Shown: positions 26,039-38,176 of the stretch, one piece after another
How the letters are laid out: every line of letters starts with the position of its first letter
Position numbering within the stretch: position 1 is the stretch's first letter
NCBI RefSeq assembly: GCF_006345805.1
Contig: NC_043004.1
Location: 94,550,001-94,614,000 of the forward strand
Direction: 5' to 3'
DNA: 64,000 nt
Origin: Octopus sinensis
Lineage: Eukaryota
Notes under the pieces: model-generated
Seen by the model: the letters and a program-made list of their open reading frames with translations, nothing else
Databases searched by the model: none
What the model was told of the DNA's origin: nothing
Made by a program: the position numbers and the translations under genes

Positions 26039-26464
26039 AACCATGTTAATCCACCCAATCCATCCATCCAACCAAAATCCAAACTTTTACCTACCTACCT
26101 ACCTACCTACCATTTGTCTGTCTGCTTGTCCAAATGATTGGTTGTTCATCGGTCTGTCCATCCATCCATCCATCCATCCATCTATCGATCCATTCATTCA
26201 TTTGTCTGTCTGCCCATTTGTCCATCTGTCCATCTGTCCATCCATCCATCCGTCTGTCGGTCGGTCAGTCTCTCTGTCCATCTATCCGTCTATCTGTCTC
26301 TCTGTCTGTCTGTCCGTCTGTCCGTCCGTCCATCCATCCATCCATCCATCCGTCTGTCGGTCGGTCAGTCTGTCCGTCCATCTGTCCGCCCATCTGTCCG
26401 TCCATCTGTCTGTTCTTCTGTCCATCCATCTATCTGTCCGTCCATCTGTCTGTCTGTCTGTCTG
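25495..26464. repeat. Compound (TATC)/(TCTG)/(TACC)/(ATCA)/(TCCA) tetranucleotide array
   Basis: Direct reading; internal block duplication. Confidence 0.95.
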
Positions 26465-26984
26465 CAAGTTTTGTCTAGCGAACGTTTTAAAAAAAGATGG
26501 GTGAATGTAGCAAGGATGGCATGTATGAATGACGAAGCCACCTTGAGCATAATCCTATGAACCCAGAAATTGAAAACAGAGGGTTACCCACTTGCAAACA
26601 AATGTGGTAACATATAACAATATTGACCAAGGTTACCGTGGTCTTTTTCGTAGGCTTTTTTTCCCACGTATAAACCTTACTTGCTTTCCCCTTTACACCA
26701 TACATCATAACACTGTGATACACGATCCCTATTGATCGTTTTTTTTCCTCTTCCCCTTTTTTCCCTTTTTTCTTCTTTTTTCATTTTTCTTTTCTTTTAT
26801 TCCTTTTCCCTTTTTTCTTTTTTTTCTTTTCCTTTTTTCTTCTTTCTTTTTGTTCTTTTTTCCCTTTTACGATCCCTTTTGATCGAAAACCTACGCCACC
26901 TTTTTTTTTTTCTTCCCCAAAAGAAAAGCTCTACCTTGTAACTTGTCCCATCTGTGTGTCGCCCTGTGTGGCCAATAAAGAAAC
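26465..26984 (+). mobile_element. L1/Tx1-type LINE 3' end: probable ORF2 C-terminus plus 3' UTR
   Basis: SERFKKRWVNVARMACMNDEATLSIIL* (stop at 26560), T-rich UTR, terminal GCCCTGTGTGGCCAATAAAGAAAC followed by TTATCTATCT. Clade assignment is inference. Confidence 0.65.
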
Positions 26985-27286
26985 TTATCTATCTCTATTT
27001 ATATATTGATCTAAAGTTGTGCAACAACAAAATAAATTGTTTACAATATATATGCCATTATGAGTTCATTGTAACTATTATTACATAAGAGAGTGAATTT
27101 CTTAAATGACAAAACCTTTTGTCTTCTTCTTCTTCTTCTTCTTCTTCTTCTTCTTCTTCTTCTTCTTCTTCTTCTCCTGTCCTTACCAAAGCACCTGCTA
27201 ACTTACAATCATCTTTTCCTTTCATTCTCACTTTGGTTGATCAAAAAGATAATCAGTAAGAGAAATTAATTTTCTCTACAAGTACT

Positions 27287-27360
<74 letters not shown>

Positions 27361-27990
27361 TCATCTCATCAACAACTTCCCCCGAAAACAAAACAAAACA
27401 ATAAACAAAAAATAAACAAAAGACAATAACCCATCACTAAATTTAGAGCAAGAAGTGGTAAGGAAATATTATCAATAAAAAGGGAAAAATAAAAGAAGAG
27501 AAAAAAAAAAGCCCTAGTAAGAATTATTCATATTTAGAGCCAAGAATAGGAATGAACTATATATGGCAACTGGATTAGAAATTATCAATAGATAGTGCAA
27601 TAAATCAATCAATCAATCAGTTAATCAGTGAATCAATAAATTGATTAATCTAACAAGTTCCAAGCAGATTCCGAACCCAATGATTTTATATTTCTTATTT
27701 TCTGTTCTGTGTAACTAAGATGTGTGCCTCACACATCTCGTATGTAGTGTGTGTGTGTATGTGCATGCATATATATGTGTGTGTGTGTTCACGTGAAAGG
27801 AAATTGAATAACTTGAGAAACTAACGATGTACCATCCCCTCCTTGGAGATTTCTCAGCGCAAAGAGCGAATAACAAGAAGAAATAACAGCATATATCAAT
27901 TATATTTAGAAACATTTAATAATATTTCATAGTTAATACATGTGTGTGTGTATATATATACATATATATATATATACATATACATACATA

Positions 27991-28040
<50 letters not shown>

Positions 28041-28209
28041 GTATGTATATATATATATGCACACATGTGTGAATATATGCCACACCTAAGTAGTTTATTG
28101 TCAAATTCTAAAGTTATGATTTTATTAATAAAATATTCCCTTGCTTTCATTATTAACATTTCAAAGAATTATTGTTGCCAGTATTTCAAATGTTTTTGTT
28201 TGCATTACC

Positions 28210-28285
28210 CTTATTATTATTATCATTATTATTATTATTATTATCATCATCATCATCATCATCATCATCATTATTATTATTATTA

Positions 28286-28316
<31 letters not shown>

Positions 28317-28386
28317 AATCATCATCATTATCATTATTATTATCATTATTATTATTATTATTATTTTTATAATCATCATCATTATC

Positions 28387-28427
<41 letters not shown>

Positions 28428-28438
28428 CATCATTATTA

Positions 28439-28504
<66 letters not shown>

Positions 28505-29200
28505 GTTGTGGTTGTTGTTGTTATTATTATTATTATTATTGTTATTGTTATTATTATTATTATTATTATTATCATTATTATTATTATTATTATCATTATT
28601 GTTATTACAGCTACTACTGCTTCTTCTACTTTTATTATTAAAATCATCTCAAGGAACGCATTCAATTGCAGGTTTTCCCTTGCACCAGCAGGCGCAGCTT
28701 CTGCGTACCCTAGATGTGTGTAGTTTTGTTGATTTGACGTACATTTATGATGTACATAGAAAATTATTACCATTATTACGAAAACACCTTCTTCTTCTTC
28801 TTCTTCTTCTTCTCTTCTTCTTCTTCTTCTTCTTCTTCTTCCTCTTCCTCTTCATCTTCTTCTTCTTCTTCTTCTTCTTCTTCTTCTTCTTCTTTGTCTT
28901 CTTCTTCTTCTTCTTCTTCTTCTTCTTTGTCTTCTTCTTCTTCTTCTTCTTTTTCTTCTTCTTCATCTTCTTCGTCGTCTTCTGCTTCTTCTTCGTCGTC
29001 TTCTTTTTCTTCTTCTTCTTCATCTTTTTCTTCATCTTCTTCTTCTCCTCCTCCTTCTCCTTCTCCTCCTCCTTCTCCTTCTCCTTCTCCTCCTCATACA
29101 CGCCTCCCCCATCATCACCACCACCACCACCACCATCACCACTATCATCCTCATCGTCGTCGTCATTGTCATCATCATCGTCATCATCAACATCATCATC
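28210..29200. repeat. Compound (TAT)/(CAT)/(TTC)/(CAC) microsatellite block
   Basis: Direct reading. Confidence 0.95.
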
Positions 29201-29528
29201 TTAACTAAAATTATGTGTCTTTTCCAGTTCTTTGAGGCTAAGCAAAAATGTATCGGGCATACACACCCAACTGCATTTCTGTTTTTCAGTGAATGTTCTT
29301 TGATTAAGCATCGCTCTTATTAAAAAAAAACAAAAAAACACACACAACAAAACAAAAGAAAATAATACAAAAATCTTTATCGAAACAAAAGACATAAATG
29401 GCATTTTAACCTACAGGTGTCGACAATATATTCAATGTGAAAAAAGCAATAGATTCAGAACTTTTATCGTAAATCTAATCTAATATTTTATTCCCGGTTT
29501 CATTTAACTTTGGCTCATATATATATAT

Positions 29529-29582
<54 letters not shown>

Positions 29583-29653
29583 TATATAATATATATATAT
29601 ATTATAGATATATACATATATATATACTTGTATATATGTGTATATATATATAA

Positions 29654-29865
29654 AGGCAGCATGCTGGCAGAAACGTTAGCATGCTGGATGAAATGCTTAG
29701 TGGTGTTTCGTCTGCCACTACATTCTGAGTTCAAATTCCGCCAAGGTCGACTTTGTCTTTCATCCTTTCAGGGTTGATAAATTAAGTACCAGTTGCATTC
29801 TGGGATTGATGTAATCGACTGGCCCTCTACCCCAAAATTTCAGGCCTGTGCCTAGAGTAGAAAAG
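29654..29865 (+). mobile_element. SINE family B
   Basis: GGCAGCATGCTGGCAGAAACGTTAGC..GAGTTCAAATTCCGCC..TAAATTAAGTACCAG. Confidence 0.8.
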
Positions 29866-30321
29866 TATATGTATATATATATATATGTAAGTGGAATTTC
29901 CTTTGAACTGGAAACCATATTTTGGGCAAGTACATAATCATCTTTAAATACAGCTCTATCTTAAAAAGGCAAAATCACTGATTATATCATCATCATCATC
30001 CTCCTCATCATCATCATTATAAAACATCCATTTTCTATGCTAGCATGTGTTGGACAGTTTGACAAGAGCTGGAAAATTGCAAGCACTCATTTTATGCACA
30101 AAGGGATCACACAACCTCATGGAAGCATGGCCACTGTAACAAGTAAAAGAACAAAAGAATCTGTCTTTATGTTCTGACTTCAAATTCCACCGAGGTCAAC
30201 TTTGTCTTTCATCCTTATGGGGCCGATAAATTAAGTACCAGTTGCATACTGGAGGTAATCTAATCGACTGGCCCCCTCCCTAAAATCTTCAGGCCTTGTT
30301 CCTAGAGAAGAATAAAATTTA

Positions 30322-30530
30322 AGGTGACAAGCTGGCAGAATTGTTAGCACGAAGGGCAAAATACTTAGTATTTTGTCTATCTTTACGTTCTGAGTTCAAA
30401 TTCCACCAAAGTCAACTTTGCCTTTCATCCTTTCGGGGACGATAAATTAAGTACCAGTTGCGTACTTGGACCAATCTAATCAACTGGCCCCCTCCCCACA
30501 AATTTCGGGCCTTGTGCCTAGAGAAGAAAG
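30322..30530 (+). mobile_element. SINE family B (a partial copy precedes it at ~30170-30310)
   Basis: Same head and central domain as other family-B copies. Confidence 0.8.
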
Positions 30531-30896
30531 GAAAGGAATAAAAGAACATTGCTAGGTTCCTAGAAAGTTTTAAAATAATCAAGAATATAAAAGGGTTTAG
30601 CAAAACAACTGATTGTTTCTTTATGAAGCTGGTGCCTTTTTGCGTTTACTTGGTTCAGTCATTAGACTGCAGTCATGCTGGGACACTACCTCCAAGAATT
30701 CTTAGTCGAATAAAAACGAACCACCTTCGCCCCACCCCCAACCTTGCCCAGTACATTTGTTTCAAAGTCTGGTATTTATTCTATCGATTTCTTTTTGCCA
30801 AGCCACTAATTTATAGAGATGTAAACACACCAACACCAGATGTCAAGCAATAGTAGGGGACAAACACACAGACGTAAAGATCCATACACATAGATA

Positions 30897-30932
<36 letters not shown>

Positions 30933-31118
30933 AATATATATAATAGTTATCGCCATACTAATATGGCATTCTTATAAAAATAAGAAAAAATAAGAAAAAA
31001 GCTGTCCGCTTATTAGCTCCATGAGGCCATCGCCTTAAGTTAGCTATTTGATACACAAACTGTATCCATATAACCTTCGAACAAGGGAGGTCAGTCGCTC
31101 CACACTACTTGACCGGCA

Positions 31119-31160
31119 GCTACAGATGCGTTTCGGGGTATTGCCCCTTTTCAATGCAGC
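31119..31160 (-). ncRNA. Hammerhead copy with G16.2A mutation in stem III
   Basis: Minus strand GCTGCA-TTGAAAA-GGGG-CAATA-CCCC-GAAA-CGCA-TC-TGTAGC. Confidence 0.7.
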
Positions 31161-31480
31161 GTAGCCAGCCAGTAGGTGTCGCTTCCGACAATCTCTGTTC
31201 GATGGTTTTATTTACCTAGTTTCGGTGGAATACATCCACTTGTTTTCAATAATAGAAATATTAAAATAACTAAGTCTCTCTAAAAGAGAACAGCGGCAGC
31301 GTTCCCGGAAAATAATAGTTATCGCCATACTAATATGGCATTCTTATAAAAATAAGAAAAAAGCTGTCCGCTTATTAGCTCCATGAGGCCATCGCCTTAA
31401 GTTAGCTATTTGATACACAAACTGTATCCATATAACCTTCGAACAGAGATTGTCGGAAGCGACACCTACTGGCTGGCTAC

Positions 31481-31522
31481 GCTGCATTGAAAAGGGGCAA
31501 TACCCCAAAACGCGTCTGTAGC
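31481..31522 (+). ncRNA. Hammerhead copy with G12A mutation (predicted inactive)
   Basis: Identical to 31842-31883 except AAAA instead of GAAA at 31507. Confidence 0.7.
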
Positions 31523-31841
31523 TGCCGGTCAAGTAGTGTGGAGCGACTGACCTCCCTTGTTCGAAGGTTATATGGATACAGTTTGTGTATCAAATAGCTA
31601 ACTTAAGGCGATGGCCTCATGGAGCTAATAAGCGGACAGCTTTTTTCTTATTTTTATAAGAATGCCATATTAGTATGGCGATAACTATTATTTTCCGGGA
31701 ACGCTGCCGCTGTTCTCTTTTAGAGAGACTTAGTTATTTTAATATTTCTATTATTGAAAACAGTGGATGTATTCCACCGAAACTAGGTAAATAAAACCAT
31801 CGAACAGAGATTGTCGGAAGCGACACCTACTGGCTGGCTAC

Positions 31842-31883
31842 GCTGCATTGAAAAGGGGCAATACCCCGAAACGCGTCTGTAGC
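31842..31883 (+). ncRNA. Minimal type I hammerhead ribozyme, U3:A8 core variant (intact copy)
   Basis: Stem I GCTGCA/TGTAGC, core TTGAAAA (31848-31854), stem II GGGG-CAATA-CCCC, GAAA (31868-31871), palindromic ACGCGT stem III, GUC cleavage site after C31877. Confidence 0.8.
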
Positions 31884-32156
31884 TGCCGGTCAAGTAATGT
31901 GGAGCGACTGACCTCCCTTGTTCGAAGGTTATATGGATACAGTTTGTGTATCAAATAGCTAACTTAAGGCGATGGCCTCATGGAGCTAATAAGCGGACAG
32001 CTTTTTTCTTATTTTTATAAGAATGCCATATTAGTATGGCGATAACTATTATTTTCCGGGAACGCTGCCGCTGTTCTCTTTTAGAGAGACTTAGTTATTT
32101 TAATATTTCTATTAACAATATATATATATATATATATATATATGCATATATACATC

Positions 32157-32455
32157 GTCATCATCATCATCATCATCGTTTTACGTCTGTTCTCCATGCT
32201 AGCATGGGTTGGACGGTTTGACCGGGGATCTGGGAAGCCAGAAGGCTGCACCAGGCTCCAGTCTTATCTGGTAATGTTTCTACAGCTGGATGCCCTTCCT
32301 AACGCCAACCACTCCGTGAGTGTAGTGGGTGCTTTTTACGTGCCACCTGCACAGGTGCCAGGCGAGGCTGGCAACGGCCACGGTCGGATTGGTGTGTTTT
32401 ACGTGCCACCGGCACGGAAGCCAGTTGAGGCGGCGCTGGCATCGGCCACGAGTCG
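32157..32455 (-). mobile_element. RTE-type LINE 3' end
   Basis: Same family as 12345-12690. Confidence 0.85.
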
Positions 32456-32584
32456 GATGAGAGATACCACCATGCCGAAATAGCAATCAAATCCCTGACT
32501 CTAAGAACCACCTTAAATGTTCATATCGCACCATGAGATAAGATAGAGGGACAAAATAGACTAGCAAAAAGATATTACTGAATA

Positions 32585-32643
32585 ATTCAAGATCCTGGAT
32601 TTCTAGCTTTGCTTCAAATAAGCTCTGCCTTCATCAGTTGAAT
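32585..32643 (-). ncRNA. Type I hammerhead-like motif with extended stem II
   Basis: ATTCAA-CTGATGA-AGGC-AGA-GCTT-ATTTG-AAGC-AAA-GCTA-GAAA-TCCAGGA-TC-TTGAAT: perfect 6-bp stem I, near-palindromic stem III, imperfect base of stem II. A partial inverted copy lies at ~32878-32911. Confidence 0.55.
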
Positions 32644-32917
32644 ATATCAGATGGGCACATAAATACAAATATATATATACAGAACAAACGTTATACTTAC
32701 ATATACGAACGTCTATACATACATATATATGCACGTATGTACAAGGCCAGTTCAAATTGCCCACCAAACACCTCATAAGCACGATACAGTCAAAATAAAC
32801 ACTGCAGTGAATATAGTGACGAATTATATAAATTTATAAATAAGGATAATATCGATATTTAAATATCGATATTATCAAGTGGCCGTCTGATATATTCAAC
32901 TGATGAAAGCAGTATCT

Positions 32918-33018
32918 TTAAGATACCCGGTTTTGGTTAAACTGCACCGCAAAATGTGGGAGTAGTTAGGAATCTAAATCGTAGGAGACAGACAGCACAC
33001 AACCTCACTTTTATATAT
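32918..33018 (-). mobile_element. 5' fragment of the Helitron at 2430-2823
   Basis: TAAGATACCCGGTTTTGGTTAAACTGCACCGC..GGAGACAGAC identical to 2721-2795. Confidence 0.75.
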
Positions 33019-34091
33019 ATATTAAATAATCAGAGGAAGTTTCACACAGGCTGGTAATTATAGGGTTAAAGTCTCTAGCTTTGGTACAAGAATAAATACA
33101 AGAACAGAACTTTTAACAATCAATCAATAAATTCTTCAATCAATCATTTGGGATAAACTGGACAATATACGTAGGTAGTAGCACCTAATTGTTTTGGTAG
33201 TTGGAGATACATTAGCTATGGGCAATGATAGTAGTGCTGCTGAACAATGCTTTGACCTAACTGAAGAGCGAGCAAGAGTTCAAGAAAGGCTAGAATGGAA
33301 TTGCCAGAATTACCACCATGTGTGTATGTGTGTGTGTATGTGTGTGTTTGTGCATGTGTGTGTGCATGAATGTGTGGCACAAATGAATCCTAAGACCTAA
33401 TGTATGGCAATATTACTGTGCTGAAACTAATAATTGTATTGGTTTTACTCTAAGATATATATTGAATGGCTTCAAAGGATTTTGTGTAAGTAGTGAGGCC
33501 AAGTCTGTTCATGGTTGGATTACCTTAGGATTTCATCATATTTTCCAATTAAGTACTTTTTAGTATCTAGAGCTATGTGCATATTTCATCTGTAGCCAGA
33601 GATTAATCAAGAATTTTTGTTAGAAAATAAAAAGACGAAAACAAAAAAAAAAAATAAATAAAATGTCTCAGCTGATCGCAGACATATACACAAAGTACAC
33701 ACACACCTACATACATAAACAATGACTGCATCACATTTTGATATATACACAGATACACACACACACACATGCACACACACACGCACACACACACACGTGC
33801 GTGCGCACACACAGATCATCTCACAACACATACACATATACACATACACACACATATATGCATATACACACATGTACACATATACATATACACACATACA
33901 CACACATATAAGCACTTAAATATATGCACGCATATAGATGCAAACATATATACACACATGGATGCACCACATACACACGACTCCCTTCATATACATACAA
34001 CACACATACACAACATACACAGCATGCATACACACATGTTTACACCACGCAGATACACTTCCAGACATACAAACATCACCACACAGCACTA

Positions 34092-34129
<38 letters not shown>

Positions 34130-34715
34130 CCCACATCACTCACATACACACCACCATTCATACACACAGAGAATGTCACCCCTCACCACACCATTAGACA
34201 TCACATACACATAACATCACACTATCACACACATATAACACCCTACTATCAAACCACACTGCTACATCACATACACACAGGTGCACACAAACACACACAT
34301 GCACACACAACACCATACACCACACATACCATACCATTGGCTGTGATATTGATTTTTCTCACTAATTCTCTGTGTTGAGATGTGAAATATCTTTACTTAC
34401 TCTCAAGGAATGGAGGCAATATCAAACGCTGACCAATTTAGTATAACATAAGACTGGACTATGACAGCCTTTTCTACATCCTGGTCTCACCTCATTAGTT
34501 CCTATCAAACCATAAATCTTAATGACATCCAGACAGTGTTTGATTATATTAGCTATTTCTTCCTATCTTGTTGCAAATGTCAAATGTGATTAACAAACTT
34601 TAGGATTTCTCCTTCATTATCTTGGGATAATCTGCTAAAAGTAACAGGCCTTTTATCCACTGGCAATTTTTTTCTAGTTTTGGTACATAGCCTGAAATTT
34701 GGAGCAGGAGATTAG

Positions 34716-35121
34716 TACTCTTTTACTTGTTTCAGTCAGTTGACTGCGGCCATGCTGGAGCACCACCTTTAGTCGAGCAAATCGACACCGGAACTTATTC
34801 TTTGTAAGCCCAGTACTTATTCTATCGGTCTCTTTTTGCTGAACCGCTAAGTGACGGGGACGTAAACACACAAGCATCGGTTGTCAAGCGATGGTGGGGG
34901 GACAAACACAGACACACAAACATATACACACACATACATATATATATATACATATATACGACAGGCTTCTTTCAGTTTCCGTCTACCAAATCCACTCACA
35001 AGGCATTGGTCGGCCCGAGGCTATAGCAGAAGACACTTGCCCAAGATGCCACGCAGTGGGACTGAACCCGGAACCGTGTGGTTGGTAAGTAAGCTACTTA
35101 CCACACAGCCACTCCTGCGCC
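34716..35121 (-). mobile_element. SINE family C, full length
   Basis: Minus-strand head AGGCGCAGGAGTGGCTGTGTGGTAAGTAGC..GGGTTCAGTCCC, internal (TG)n, tail GAAACAAGTAAAAGAG. Confidence 0.9.
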
Positions 35122-35361
35122 TATAGTAGATTAAATTGATTCAGGTATTTGTCTGGTACTTTATTTTATCAACCCTGGTAGTAGGAAAAGCAAAGCTGAT
35201 CATGGCAGAATTTGAATTCAGAATGTAGAAACAAAAATACAAGACATTTTCTCTGACACTCAAATGATTCTTATAATCCATTCTCCTTGAAAGTGTGTAT
35301 ATAATGGCTCACACTTTTAGCTTTTTTTTTTTATGGAGGAATATTGATATATATTGTGAAG

Positions 35362-35630
35362 GCATATGACTCAGTGGTTAGAGCATTGGCCTCACAATCA
35401 TGATGTAGTGAGTTCAATTCCTGAACCGAGCTGTGTGCTGTGTTCTTCAGCAAGACACTTTATTTCATGTTGCTCCAGTTCACTTAGCTCTAGAAATGAG
35501 TTGTAACATTACTGGTGCCAAGCTGTATCAGTCTTTCCATTGGATAACATTGGTGGCACGAAGAGAGGAGGCTGGTATGCATTAGTGATTGCTGGTCTTC
35601 CATAAACAACCTTGCCCAGACTTGTGCCTC
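35362..35630 (+). mobile_element. tRNA-headed CORE-type SINE
   Basis: A box TGACTCAGTGGTTAG, B box GAGTTCAATTCC, CORE-like TTC(A)GCAAGACAC. Confidence 0.7.
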
Positions 35631-35750
35631 ATTCATGACCGAGAGGGTTCTCTATATTTTACCTATTGACATACAGTAGCAGGACTTGCATTCTATGGCA
35701 GCTGTAGCCTGAATGTATATATAAAACCTTACAAGTTTCTATTATCTCTA

Positions 35751-37208
35751 CCAGGTTGGGTCAAAATCTTTTTTTATGGATTTTCACTGAGAACTTTTGG
35801 TAACTTGTATCTCCGTGTTATTTCATTAATTTTATACATATTATCCAGTCATTGCTGAATTGTTTATTCTTTATTTTCAAATATTACAAAAAATCATGAA
35901 TTTTTTTTGTTCTTTATTTTACAGCTTTGATAATGAGAGATGAAAATATTGTAATGAGAGCCACTTTAATGCTACCTGTAGGTAAAAGAACTGAGTGCAA
36001 GGGCAGCAACAAAAAAATTTAATGATGTGGAAGGTCCAAGAACTGTCAACACATGTGTGACATGAAACTGTTTCAGGTATTTCAAGGAAGGGGACACCAG
36101 CTTCAAAGACAAACCAAGGGAAGTCTTCTGTTGCAGAAGACAAAGCCTTGCTTAAAATGGTTGAAGCACAAGCACACATAATTGTCAGAAGAGCTTGGCT
36201 TTCACAAAGCATCATCAGCTGGCATCTCCATAGCTCAGCCTTGAGAAGAGATATTGTTGAGAAGCTCCTTGTGAACTGACTAATGACCAAGCTCAATGAA
36301 CATTTGAAAACAACTGCTGGAAAATCCTGAACATGCCTACCTTTTGACATCGTATTGTAACTGGGGATGAAAAATGGAGCTATTTAAGTAATCCTAATAA
36401 GAGAAACTAGTGGTTTCATTCCAGCCAAGCTTCAGATCCTGTTGTCAAACAAGGGTGGTTTGAACATATGGCGGCGAGCTGGAAGAAACGTTAGCGCGCC
36501 GGGCGAAATGCTTTGTGGTATTTCGTCTGCCACTACGTTCTGAGTTCAAATTCCGCCGAGATCGACTTTGCCTTTCATCCTTTCGGGGTCGATTAAATAA
36601 GTACCAGTTACGCATTGGGGTCGATGTAATCGACTTAATCCGTTTGTCTGTCCTTGTTTGTCCCCTCTGTGTGTAGCCCCTTGTGGGCAGTAAAGAAATA
36701 AGAAGTTCATGGTCATGTATTTGGTGGAACATTGAAGGGGTTTTGTCCAAGATGGTCATGCTGTGTGAATGCTGACCTTTATGCTCAACAACCGCAGAGA
36801 GTATATGATGTTTTGAAAACCTGATACCTGGCATTGGTCAGTCAAAGATGTGCACTCCTACAGCATGACAATACCCTGACCCACACTGCCAATGTGACTA
36901 AGGGAGTGAAAGTGCTGCCTTACCCAGCTTACAGCACTGTCAGATTTTCTGAATCATAGCTCATTTCCTGCATAGAACAGAGGCTCAACAATATTGATAA
37001 GATTGGAAACAGGTGCAGGGAGTCTTTTGCCTCCAAAACCAGTCAAATTGTATATGAGTGGAATTGAACTTCTGGCATAATGATAACAACAGACAATGGA
37101 ATATGATGAGATATATTTTGATGCATAAATTCTCTTTGTAAATAATTTGTTTGAACTATTAATTAAAACATGAAATATGAAAAAAACCCCACTTTTGACT
37201 CAACCTGG
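35751..37208 (+). mobile_element. Full-length decayed mariner DNA transposon (SINE nested at 36470-36700)
   Basis: TA flanks at 35749-50 and 37209-10. TIRs CCAGGTTGGGTCAAAA / TTTTGACTCAACCTGG. Transposase motifs RIVTGDEKW (~36351-36377), WWNIEG, LLQHDN..HTANVT, VLPYPAYS, with many stops and frameshifts. Confidence 0.9.
36470..36700 (+). mobile_element. SINE family B, young copy nested in mariner
   Basis: Full head-to-tail copy ending CCCCTTGTGGGCAGTAAAGAAATA. Confidence 0.9.
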
Positions 37209-37235
37209 TAGGTGGATGGATACTGACCTATATAT

Positions 37236-37465
37236 ATTTCTTTACTACCCACAAGGGGCTAAACATAGAGAGGACAAACAAGGACAGACATAGGTATTAA
37301 GTCGATTACATCGACCCCAGTGCGAAACTAGTACTTTATTTATCGACCCCGAAAGGATGAAAGGCAAAGTCGACCTCGGCGGAATTTGAACTCAGAACGT
37401 TGCGACAGAAGAAATGCCGCTAACCATTTCGCCCGGCGCACTAACGCTTCTGCCAGCTCGCCGCC
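37236..37465 (-). mobile_element. SINE family B with 15-bp TSD
   Basis: TSD TACTGACCTATATAT at 37221-37235 and 37473-37487. Confidence 0.9.
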
Positions 37466-37957
37466 TATATATTACTGACCTATATATTAGATGGACTTGC
37501 ATCTGACAACAGTTGTAAGTCGAATGTGTAACATACATGCATTACAGATTTTTCAACACAAGGTATATACTGTAGAGGAATTTGAAGCACAGCATATTTT
37601 GGCATTGGATAGGAGAAAATGATCATTTGAATAACAGTGAAGCAATAGCTTTTGAACTTCTATCTCTACAGCGGCACCTCTTCAGCTACCTAACACCTCT
37701 TTTCATTTATCAGTATTGTTCCCACCATTGTTAACACACTCGTTATTGTCACTCTAATCAACTTCCATGTCATTGTTATTATTGCCAGCATCATCATCGC
37801 TATCATCGATGTCCTTGCCATTGTTACTATCATCATAGCATAGTTGTCATCACCAACACCATCACTGTTGTCATCTTCATTGTAATGGCATTATTCTCAT
37901 CTCCATTTCGATCGTATTGTTCTCATCTCTATCTCCCACTAGTGCTCATCATTATCT

Positions 37958-38176
37958 TCAGAAACGTTAGCATGCTGGGCGAAATGCTTAGCGGTATTTC
38001 GGCTGCCGTTACGTTGTGAGTTCAAATTCCGCTGAGGTCGACTTTGCCTTTCATCCTTTCGGGGTCGATAAATTAAGTACCAGTTACACACTGGGGTCGA
38101 TGTAATCAACTTAATATCTATGTCTGTAGTTGTTTGTCCCCTCTATGTTTAGCCCCTTGTGGGTAATAAAGAAATA
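37958..38176 (+). mobile_element. SINE family B (5' tip missing)
   Basis: CAGAAACGTTAGCATGCTGGGCGAAATGC..GTGGGTAATAAAGAAATA. Confidence 0.85.

Larger units (their letters stand above)
30941..32113. mobile_element. 361-nt hammerhead-containing tandem/inverted repeat (retrozyme-like or non-autonomous Penelope-like element)
   Basis: Plus-strand units start at 31440 and 31801 (period 361). An inverted ~1.4-unit block spans 30941-31445. Flanked by (TA)n, no ORF, many short hairpins. Confidence 0.85.

Noticed and set aside
30941-32113. CRISPR-like or prokaryotic repeat array or contamination
   Set aside because: The units are full 361-bp duplicates with no spacers, embedded in host (TA)n and SINEs.
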